A stretch of 58,795 nt of DNA. It comes from a bacterium. GTDB lineage: Bacteria > Patescibacteriota > Saccharimonadia > UBA4664 > JBBRNT01. The DNA lies in assembly GCA_043767845.1 (NCBI GenBank), contig JAYUFZ010000024.1, positions 1 to 58,795 on the forward strand, in the 5' to 3' direction. Under the pieces are notes generated by a model. The model ran no database searches, was not told the origin of the DNA, and worked only from the letters and a program-made list of their open reading frames with translations. Of this stretch, positions 48,881 to 56,417 are shown one piece after another. Within the stretch, counting starts at the first letter, position 1; each line of letters starts with the position of its first letter. Position numbers and translations under genes: made by a program.

Positions 48881-49945
48881 TCAAGCTGGCTGGAGCGTAT
48901 CTTCCTCGACAAGGCTTGAAGCCTCGTCCTCGTCGACATTTATTGCAGCCAATGCAATCTCCATCTGACCGATGATGTCCGATTCGTACAGCTCGTAGGC
49001 TTTCAGGCAAGCAGTCGCTATGCCCTCGGCCGTGGCAGAACCGTGCACGATCATGGTGATCCCCTTGAGCCCGAGCAACATCATGCCGCCGTAGGTGTTC
49101 GGATCGTAGATCGCCAGGCGCGCTAGGAGATCATTCATGAGGATCTTGCCTGCCGCTCGATTAGCATCATTCATGTAGATGACCTCGAGCACGTCTTCGC
49201 CAACGGCTTTGGCGCCGCCTTCATTGCCTTTGAGTGCGATATTGCAGTCGTGGCCATCACCAACCACCACATCGGCTACCTGGCAGTGTAAGAGCTGCTT
49301 GGATTCCACATTGCCAACGAACTCCAGGCCGAGTTCTTCGCAAAGTGCGATTAGGAGTGGACGGGTGGCCTTGACCAAGGCATTACCTTTGTCGTCTTCG
49401 GTGCCGATGGTCAGCTGGGCGACGCGTGGCTTGGTAATGCCATAGCGTAGTTGCGCGTAGAGGATGGCAAGCCTGGCAAAACCCGCCAGCATTTGTGGTG
49501 AACAGTCGAGATTGGTACCGCTATCGACCATGATGGTCGGATCGCCGTGCTTATTGGGGAAGGGGGTCGGAACAGTAGCTCGGCGGTAACCTTTGAATTT
49601 GCGGAGCTTGATTTGCGATCCGGCTAGCGTAGCTCCAGTATCACCAGCCGACACATAACCTGCGGCTTGCCCATCGCGCACCAGCTGTGGGCCGACGATG
49701 TGGGCCGACTTGGAGTATTTGCGAATGCTCAGCCCTGGGTCCTTGAGCCCCATCGGGACTACTTGTTCAGCCGAGACCCAGGGCAGCCCAGTCGGTTCAC
49801 AGATTGCCTGAGGACCAGCGAGCAGGATTGGGACGCCAAGCTCGACGGCTCGACGGGCGGCTTTTATAACAAGCTCGGGGCCACCATCCCCACCGCAGAC
49901 GTCGAGTACGACTGGGCGCTTGGGGCGTTGCAAGGTTTCGGGCAT
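48881..49945 (-). CDS. plsX: phosphate acyltransferase PlsX (divergent)
   Basis: LDVCGGD..P, VSAGDTGA, D.G.N, IG.E..KGN, FVGNVE, DVVV.DG..N.ALK..EG, YGG..LLG......HGS; AAAGGA RBS. Confidence 0.9.
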   Translation of the reverse strand: MPETLQRPKRPVVLDVCGGDGGPELVIKAARRAVELGVPILLAGPQAICEPTGLPWVSAEQVVPMGLKDPGLSIRKYSKSAHIVGPQLVRDGQAAGYVSAGDTGATLAGSQIKLRKFKGYRRATVPTPFPNKHGDPTIMVDSGTNLDCSPQMLAGFARLAILYAQLRYGITKPRVAQLTIGTEDDKGNALVKATRPLLIALCEELGLEFVGNVESKQLLHCQVADVVVGDGHDCNIALKGNEGGAKAVGEDVLEVIYMNDANRAAGKILMNDLLARLAIYDPNTYGGMMLLGLKGITMIVHGSATAEGIATACLKAYELYESDIIGQMEIALAAINVDEDEASSLVEEDTLQPA

Positions 49946-50036
49946 TGCTGTCCTTTGGTCGGGTTGTGGGGTACTGATCGGTTGATCTGAGGCCAAGAAT
50001 ACAATTTTTGGCCGATTGCGGCAAGCGTGAGTAATC

Positions 50037-50074
50037 AAAGCCTACCTTCTCACGGGGAAAAAAGGTAACCTTCT
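50037..50074. repeat. REP/REPIN palindrome copy 3 (degenerate left arm)
   Basis: aaagcctaccttctcacggggaaaaaaggtaaccttct. Confidence 0.8.
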
Positions 50075-50105
50075 TTTCACAAGTCCTTTACCCAGCCGAG
50101 TAAAA

Positions 50106-50930
50106 ATGTTAGCCTGCTGGTACTCGTTCTTTGAAAGGTTACGGCTCGTGTATACACAAATTGCTTATGAGGATGCTGTGCAGATGCCATCCACACGGCG
50201 TAATATTCGGATCCTGGTCTGGAATGTTTGGTATCGAGCTCAGGCTGATGAAATCGTTGAAGCTTTAGATTACCATGCCGCGGATGTCTTGATGTTGCAG
50301 GAGCTGACCATCAGTTCCAAATACAATCCCGGAACAAGTCTGCCTAAGAAGATTGCTCATGAGCTGAACTATAATGGGCTTTTTGTGGGCACCCGTGAGT
50401 TCGGTAAACCCGGCGAAACGCGACACCGAGAAGGGATCGCCATATTTTCGCGACTGCCTATTACGAGCACGCGGGTGATTGAGCTGAGTCATGGCGGTAC
50501 GCTACGTGGTTCTGGTAACAGTCGGCGTTGCTACCTACAAGTAGGTATTCATACCCTCAGTGGCATGGGGCTGACTGTCGGCCTGGCTCATTTGTCCTAC
50601 CCATTGCCGGGTGGTATCGGCCGGTCTAGGCGGCGAGCTGAGCTTGAGCAGCTGAAGGCGGCCGTTGCAGGTCACGATAAACGCTTTCTGCTGGCGGGCG
50701 ACTTCAACGACCAGCCAGAGTCCGAGGTCGTGTCTTGGGCAACTGATAGTTTCAAGAACCTCGGTCCGGAAAATAGTCAGGCAAGCTGGCTGGCCTTTAG
50801 TAAGGCAGGGCTAAGTTTCGGCCGGCGCCTTGACTACGCCTTTGGCACGCCCGACCTGAATGCTCTCGGGACGCTCGATTCCCGCTCCGTTTCAAATCAC
50901 AGACCTATCAAGGTGACCATCATCGAATAA
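50106..50930 (+). CDS. endonuclease/exonuclease/phosphatase (EEP) family protein (start probably near 50178-50184)
   Basis: WNV, DVLMLQE, GIAIFSR.P, HL, AGDFND, LDY, SNH.P. Confidence 0.88.
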   Translation: MLACWYSFFERLRLVYTQIAYEDAVQMPSTRRNIRILVWNVWYRAQADEIVEALDYHAADVLMLQELTISSKYNPGTSLPKKIAHELNYNGLFVGTREFGKPGETRHREGIAIFSRLPITSTRVIELSHGGTLRGSGNSRRCYLQVGIHTLSGMGLTVGLAHLSYPLPGGIGRSRRRAELEQLKAAVAGHDKRFLLAGDFNDQPESEVVSWATDSFKNLGPENSQASWLAFSKAGLSFGRRLDYAFGTPDLNALGTLDSRSVSNHRPIKVTIIE

Positions 50931-50931
50931 C

Positions 50932-50965
50932 ACCCCTAGCCGCACTCATGAGGCTGGGGGTTTGC
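50932..50965 (+). terminator. terminator after the EEP gene
   Basis: cccctagcc...ggctggggg followed by tttgcttt. Confidence 0.6.
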
Positions 50966-50986
50966 TTTGCAATAAAAGCGTAATAA

Positions 50987-51026
50987 AAAAGGCTACCTTT
51001 TTGGGGCGGAGAAAAGGTAGGGTTCT
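50987..51026. repeat. REP/REPIN palindrome copy 4 (degenerate)
   Basis: aaaaggctacctttttggggcggagaaaaggtagggttct. Confidence 0.75.
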
Positions 51027-51058
51027 CTTGTCCATCAGACTCCCGTATAATGAACTCT

Positions 51059-51844
51059 ATGCATTATCTCCAAGCGATTTTTTTGGGACTGGTCCAGGGA
51101 CTGACTGAATTCATCCCGGTTTCGAGCTCGGGGCACGTAATATTGGTCGAGCACTGGCTGCACTTTGATGGGGGAGCGGTTTTTGACGTGGCGCTTAATA
51201 TCGGCACGCTGGCCGCCTTACTGCTCTTTTTCTGGCAAGACTTCTGGAATCTGTTTAAAAGTTTGTTCAAGCGCAACGAACATACCCGTATGGCCTGGAT
51301 GTTGGTAATTGCCACCATCCCTGGCGTTATCGCCGGTATTCTCCTGGAGCATGCCGCTAAAACAGTCTTCCGCAGCGATATGCTGGTCGGTATAAACCTG
51401 ATCGTAGTGGCGCTCATCATGGCCTACGCAACCCGCAAAGGCCGCAAGAAGTATGATCTAGAGCATATGACGCCGGAGCGCGCTGGTGTCATTGGTCTCG
51501 CCCAAGCGCTGGCCATCGTGCCAGGAGTCTCACGCTCAGGCATCACCATCTCGGCCGGGTTGCTTGAAGGCTTTGACGCCGTGGCCGCCACTCGCTTCTC
51601 ATTTCTGCTAAGCGCTCCGATCCTGCTCGGAGGCACGCTAAAAGTATTGGCTGAGCACGGCAGTCGGGCGCAGATAAGCGCCAGTCCGGTCCTCTTTTTA
51701 CTAGGTATTATCACAGCCTTCATAAGTGGCTACTGGGCCATTCGCTTCATGCTGAACTACTTGCAAAAACACGGTCTAAATCTGTTCGTCTATTACCGCC
51801 TGGCGATTGGCGCGCTGGTAATTTTCATTGGGCTGAGGCGCTAG
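51059..51844 (+). CDS. uppP: undecaprenyl-diphosphatase UppP/BacA
   Basis: GLVQGLTEFIPVSSSGH, PGVSRSG.T, FSFLL, YR. Confidence 0.97.
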   Translation: MHYLQAIFLGLVQGLTEFIPVSSSGHVILVEHWLHFDGGAVFDVALNIGTLAALLLFFWQDFWNLFKSLFKRNEHTRMAWMLVIATIPGVIAGILLEHAAKTVFRSDMLVGINLIVVALIMAYATRKGRKKYDLEHMTPERAGVIGLAQALAIVPGVSRSGITISAGLLEGFDAVAATRFSFLLSAPILLGGTLKVLAEHGSRAQISASPVLFLLGIITAFISGYWAIRFMLNYLQKHGLNLFVYYRLAIGALVIFIGLRR

Positions 51845-52456
51845 ATGAGCCTAACTTCCCAGCTAGCTAGCATTGCTACCGGACTCATTTCGGGCCTTGG
51901 CTATGGCGGCCTAGCTGCAGGACTAATCGTCGATAGCGCTGGCATTCCGATCCCATCGGAGATCCTCTTGCCGCTGTCGGGGGCGCTGGTGCGTCAGGGG
52001 CGCTTCAACTTCGCCGCCGTGCTCATCGTGGCTACGCTGGCCCAAACCCTCGGTGCCTACATTGCCTACGAGCTGGGGGCGAGGGGTGGGATCCCGCTGG
52101 TGCGGCGTTATGGCAAGTATGTCTTTTTCAATGAGCGCGAGCTAGCCTTGACCCAAAAATGGTTTACTAGATATGGCTCCGGCTTAACGCTATTCGGTCG
52201 CTGCCTGCCAGTAATCCGGACCTACATTGGCTACCCGGCTGGTATAGCCAAAATGTCTAAAACCAAGTTTTTGATCTGGAGCCTGGTTGGCTCACTGGGC
52301 TGGAGCGCAATATTGACCTATGCTGGCTACCAACTGGCCGGCAATCTCGAGGCTATTGATTCGGTCTTGCATCGTTTCTCGCTAGCCACCGCCGCCTTGC
52401 TGCTCGCCCTGGTAATCTGGTATATTTACAGCCACTTAAAGCGCCATAAAAAATGA
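51845..52456 (+). CDS. DedA family membrane protein
   Basis: PIPSE.LP, GR.LPVIRT.I..PAG. Confidence 0.93.
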   Translation: MSLTSQLASIATGLISGLGYGGLAAGLIVDSAGIPIPSEILLPLSGALVRQGRFNFAAVLIVATLAQTLGAYIAYELGARGGIPLVRRYGKYVFFNERELALTQKWFTRYGSGLTLFGRCLPVIRTYIGYPAGIAKMSKTKFLIWSLVGSLGWSAILTYAGYQLAGNLEAIDSVLHRFSLATAALLLALVIWYIYSHLKRHKK

Positions 52457-53736
52457 CCCACAAAACTACTACGCTCGACAACGGGCTACGCATTGTAACC
52501 TGCGAAATGAAAGAGGCATTGTCGGTAACGGCCTCGATCATGATCGGCACTGGTGGCCGTTATGAGGACTATAACGTTAATGGCGGCGTTTCGCATATTC
52601 TTGAGCATATGCTATTTAAGGGAACCGCCAAGCGCCCAACGGCCCAGATAATTGCCGAAGAGATAGACTCGGTTGGTGGCTACAACAATGCTTATACCTC
52701 CAACGATGTGACAAACTACTATGTCAAAGTCCCGAAAGAGCATAGCGCGCTGGCTATCGAGATTATGGCCGATATGATGACTGGTTCGCTCATCGAGCCC
52801 GAAGAACTCGACCGCGAGCGCAATATTATTATTCAAGAAATGAAGATGCGCCTGGAAGATGATCCGGCCGGTATGGCCTCAGTGTTGGTGCCTGGTTTGA
52901 TCTGGCCAGGGAGTTCGATGGCCAATGAAGTGATTGGGCCGGCGGAGGTTATCAATACGATTAAGCGTGACGCTGTGGCAGCTTATTGGAAGGCGCATTA
53001 TCAGCCCAAGAACATGGTCGTAGCGGTGGCCGGTGGCATTAACCACGAAGCCGTAGTCGACCAAGTACAGACTTTGCTCGGTCAGATGACCGGCGGCGAG
53101 CCGCAAGCAATCGTTCCGGTCGACGGCCCATTGGCTAAAGAGTTTGTGGCCACCAAGGAAAAAGACGTTTCTCAGGCTCAGATATTTATTACTGCCCGGG
53201 CTTACCCGTACCGCCATCCCGACGATGCGGCCGCCAAAGTGATGGCCCGTATCCTCGGCCGAGGTATGAGCTCGCGCCTGTTTGAAAGCGTCAGGGCGCG
53301 CAAGGGGCTGGCTTATACGGTTGATGCTAGCTTGCAAAACTACGTTGACACCGGCATTTTTGACGTTTACGCTGGAGTCGATCCGACACATTTGGAGGCG
53401 GCATTGGAGGCTATCATGGACGAGCTCAAGCTTATTGCTCGCGAGAAAGTGACCCCAGCCGAACTGGCCAAGGCCAAGAATCAAACCCGTGGTGGGCTGG
53501 TGATGGGGCTTGAGAACAACGCCGCCGTGGCTGAGCGTATCGGCCTACAGACACTGCTGCTTGGTTCAATCGAGAGCGTCGAGGACCAGCTAGCTCGCTT
53601 CGATGCCGTCACCGCCGAAGACGTCTTACGGGTGGCCGCCGACTTGCTCGACCCGGCCAAGCTGCGGCTAGCCGTCGTAACCCCCAATGCCTCCAATGTA
53701 GAATCGGCCTTTAAGAAGTTAATAGGAGAGAAGTAA
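52453..53736 (+). CDS. M16 family (pitrilysin-like) zinc peptidase
   Basis: HILEHMLFKG inverted zincin motif, NAYTS, SSRLF..VR..KGLAY. Confidence 0.95.
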   Translation: MTHKTTTLDNGLRIVTCEMKEALSVTASIMIGTGGRYEDYNVNGGVSHILEHMLFKGTAKRPTAQIIAEEIDSVGGYNNAYTSNDVTNYYVKVPKEHSALAIEIMADMMTGSLIEPEELDRERNIIIQEMKMRLEDDPAGMASVLVPGLIWPGSSMANEVIGPAEVINTIKRDAVAAYWKAHYQPKNMVVAVAGGINHEAVVDQVQTLLGQMTGGEPQAIVPVDGPLAKEFVATKEKDVSQAQIFITARAYPYRHPDDAAAKVMARILGRGMSSRLFESVRARKGLAYTVDASLQNYVDTGIFDVYAGVDPTHLEAALEAIMDELKLIAREKVTPAELAKAKNQTRGGLVMGLENNAAVAERIGLQTLLLGSIESVEDQLARFDAVTAEDVLRVAADLLDPAKLRLAVVTPNASNVESAFKKLIGEK

Positions 53737-54494
53737 TGGATGCTTCAAAGATGAAGCCCAACGCCGGGCTGGTGCTCGGGGGCGGTATCGTAGTGCTAAT
53801 GGTGCTCTTTTTCGTATTCTGTTTCCGAGTTGTTGGCGTCGGCGAGACCGGTATCATAACCCGCCTTGGCAAAGTCAATCGGGAGCTATCTAGTGGTGTG
53901 CACATTAAGGCCCCGTGGCCAATCGAAGATCTCACCCGTTTTGACACGCGCATTCAGAAGGAGCAGATCGACGCCGCGGCCAGCACGATTGATCTGCAGG
54001 ACGTAACCACCACCCTGGCCGTGAATTACAACATCGACCCTACGCAAGTCAGTCGACTATTTCGTGAAGTGGGAGTGGATTGGAAAATGCGTATCCTGGA
54101 TCCGGCCATCCAAGAGGCCTTCAAGTCGATTTCGGCCCAGTACACCGCCAGCGACTTGCTCACCAAGCGCTCTGAGGTAAAAGCAAAGGTGCTGGAGAAG
54201 CTGGGCGCCCGTTTGGCCGAACGCGGTATCAAGCTCGATGATGTCTCGATCGTAAACTTCAAATTCAGCGCTGAGTTCACCAAGGCTATCGAACAAAAGC
54301 AGATTGCCCAGCAGCAAGCCGAGCAGGCTAATTTCCACCTAGAGCAAGCGCTCAAAGACGCTCAAGCTCAGCAGGCCCAGAAAACTAGCCTGAGTGCAGA
54401 GTTACTAGAGAAGCTAGCCATCGACAAATGGAATGGCGTGATGCCACAGTACGTCGGCTCTGGGTCGGTCTTCAATATTCCGCTAACCAAGTAA
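53736..54494 (+). CDS. SPFH/prohibitin family protein
   Basis: N-terminal TM, G.H.K.PW, DLQ.V, F.KAIE.KQ.A.Q, KWNG..P. Confidence 0.93.
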   Translation: MDASKMKPNAGLVLGGGIVVLMVLFFVFCFRVVGVGETGIITRLGKVNRELSSGVHIKAPWPIEDLTRFDTRIQKEQIDAAASTIDLQDVTTTLAVNYNIDPTQVSRLFREVGVDWKMRILDPAIQEAFKSISAQYTASDLLTKRSEVKAKVLEKLGARLAERGIKLDDVSIVNFKFSAEFTKAIEQKQIAQQQAEQANFHLEQALKDAQAQQAQKTSLSAELLEKLAIDKWNGVMPQYVGSGSVFNIPLTK

Positions 54495-54526
54495 TTTACA
54501 TACAAATATCTATTAGGAGAAACACC

Positions 54527-55033
54527 ATGGAAAAAACATTAATCGTCTTTAAGCCAGATGCCATTGAGCGTGGGATTGTCGGCGAAGTACTGACCCGCTT
54601 CGAGCGCGTCGGGTTGAAGATTGTCGGTATGAAAATGGTCCAGCCAAGTAAAGAACACCTTTTCTACCACTATGAGACAATCGGTACGATGGTGACTCGC
54701 CATGGTGAAACGATCTTCAATAATACTGTCGAATACGTCATGAAGAGCCCCGTGATCGCCGCTGTTCTAGAGGGTGTTGAGGCCGTCGCTACCGTCCGCA
54801 AGATGGTTGGCGCCACTGAGCCAAAGTCGGCTCTACCCGGTACTGTCCGCGGTGACTACGCCCACATGAGCTACGGCCACGCCGACGGCCTGGACATGGC
54901 GTTGGTCAATATCCTGCACGCCTCGGGCGATAGCGCTGAGGCTAAGCTAGAAGTGGCGCATTGGTTCAGCGAGTCTGAATTGTTTGATTATGAGCCGGTT
55001 CATCAGAAGCATACGCAGCCGAAGAAGAAGTAA
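54527..55033 (+). CDS. ndk: nucleoside diphosphate kinase
   Basis: EKTLI..KPD, RFE..G, PGTVRGD, N.LHAS; AGGAG RBS. Confidence 0.96.
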   Translation: MEKTLIVFKPDAIERGIVGEVLTRFERVGLKIVGMKMVQPSKEHLFYHYETIGTMVTRHGETIFNNTVEYVMKSPVIAAVLEGVEAVATVRKMVGATEPKSALPGTVRGDYAHMSYGHADGLDMALVNILHASGDSAEAKLEVAHWFSESELFDYEPVHQKHTQPKKK

Positions 55034-55049
55034 CCATCCGGGAGGGTTC

Positions 55050-56147
55050 ATGGAGACGCCAGTAGTACCACCGAAACAGCCAGGAGGCCAGAAACCGATC
55101 GACTACTCGGCACTCGAGGCTAGAAGTAATAGTGGGGTCTTTAAAACGGCGATCATTGTTACGGCCGTGATGATAATGGCCACTAGCCAGCTTCTACCCA
55201 TGCTCGTGCGTCCGAGCCTCAGTAATTCCGGGGCGCCAGCCCCCGTTACATTGATATCTTTTTTGCCGTTTTTAATCGTGCCGATTTTTATCTTAGTTGT
55301 ATTTGGCGTGATAGTAACTTTGATAGTGGGCTCGCTGATACTCAAGGGCCGACACGAAAAAGCCGTCCAGCAGTTTGCGCTAGTTAATGGCTGGAAACTG
55401 TCGGCTGAGGGGGTATTGAGTGACACTCTGCCGTCGGCCTTACGTGGCATGGGCAGCCAGCGCTTTGCGAACGGTTACATGGGACAGGTAGCGGGCAGGG
55501 ATGTGTTGGTCTATGAGTTTAGCTATACTACCGGTTCAGGCAAAGACTCGCATACCTATCCGTTTACCATTGCTTGCATCGGGACCAAGAATAATTACCC
55601 AGAACTATTTATCGATAGCCATGCCAACGGCCAGGATACAGCTTACTACGGTCTTGACCAGAAGATTAAGCTGGAGGGCAATTTTGATAAGTACTTCAGC
55701 CTGTTTGCGGCCAAGGGCCAGCAAGTCGACGCGCTGAGCATAGTGACTCCCGACATTATGGAGCTGCTCATCAACCTGGGCAAGGGATACGATGTCGAGG
55801 TTCGGGGACACCAGGTGAGTGTAATTAGCGTCGGCAGTAGCTACAACCGCCTTGGGCTACCTCAAATGCTGGAGTTTATCATGCCTTTGGCGGCCAAGTT
55901 TGATCGTTTGGACGTGGTCTATAATGCTGCGGCGAATGCCAGTAGCGCTCAGCAATCGGCGTCGGTTCCCGCCGCCAGCCTAGTGCGCACTAGATTGCCA
56001 CTCCTGATACTAATAGGCGCACCGCTGCTATTTATTCTGGTGCGTAGTTTTGGGGTGTTTGGATCTGGCCCTTTCAGCTTTTTTCTGCCAACGATTATCA
56101 TTGGCGGTGCCTCGTACGCTTATAACTATTGGCGGCAGCGGCGGTAG
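55050..56147 (+). CDS. hypothetical membrane protein
   Basis: Two N-terminal and two C-terminal TMs around a soluble domain (LEGNFDKYF, TPDIM); GGAGG RBS. Confidence 0.7.
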   Translation: METPVVPPKQPGGQKPIDYSALEARSNSGVFKTAIIVTAVMIMATSQLLPMLVRPSLSNSGAPAPVTLISFLPFLIVPIFILVVFGVIVTLIVGSLILKGRHEKAVQQFALVNGWKLSAEGVLSDTLPSALRGMGSQRFANGYMGQVAGRDVLVYEFSYTTGSGKDSHTYPFTIACIGTKNNYPELFIDSHANGQDTAYYGLDQKIKLEGNFDKYFSLFAAKGQQVDALSIVTPDIMELLINLGKGYDVEVRGHQVSVISVGSSYNRLGLPQMLEFIMPLAAKFDRLDVVYNAAANASSAQQSASVPAASLVRTRLPLLILIGAPLLFILVRSFGVFGSGPFSFFLPTIIIGGASYAYNYWRQRR

Positions 56148-56160
56148 GTGAGTGGGGTTT

Positions 56161-56255
56161 TTCCAGCCTCACAGAAGGAACAGGGTTCACCAGGCCTTCC
56201 GGCCTCACGGCCAAGTTTGCAAGGGAACAGGGTTCACCAGGCCTTCCGGCCTCAC
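56161..56255. repeat. 32-bp direct repeat x2 plus a partial copy
   Basis: ggaacagggttcaccaggccttccggcctcac at 56177 and 56224; partial ttccagcctcac at 56161. Confidence 0.85.
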
Positions 56256-56298
56256 CAACAAAAACAGACTAGTTATTACTAGTCTGTTTTTGTTGGTG
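56253..56298. terminator. 21-bp perfect inverted repeat overlapping the tRNA 3' end
   Basis: caccaacaaaaacagactagt-tatt-actagtctgtttttgttggtg. Confidence 0.75.
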
Positions 56299-56369
56299 CC
56301 CCAGGAGGGAATCGAACCCCCGGCGCCCTCCTTAGGACGGAGGCGCTCTATCCACTGAGCTACTGGGGC
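56294..56369 (-). tRNA. tRNA-Arg(CCT)
   Basis: Cloverleaf: GCCCCAG/CTGGGGC acceptor, GCTC/GAGC D arm, CCTCC-GTCCTAA-GGAGG anticodon arm, TTCGATT T loop, encoded CCA. Confidence 0.95.
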
Positions 56370-56417
56370 AGGTAGAACTTGGTTATTATACCAGATTAGG
56401 CGTGGTATCATTTAATT

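Noticed and set aside
50106-50930. EEP protein as a pseudogene because SDH reads SNH
   Set aside because: The ORF is uninterrupted and the other catalytic motifs (N, QE, GDFN, D, H) are intact; one substitution is not enough evidence.
56161-56255. Possible mini CRISPR array
   Set aside because: Only two full 32-bp repeats, spacers of 4 and 15 nt, and no cas genes or leader in the window.
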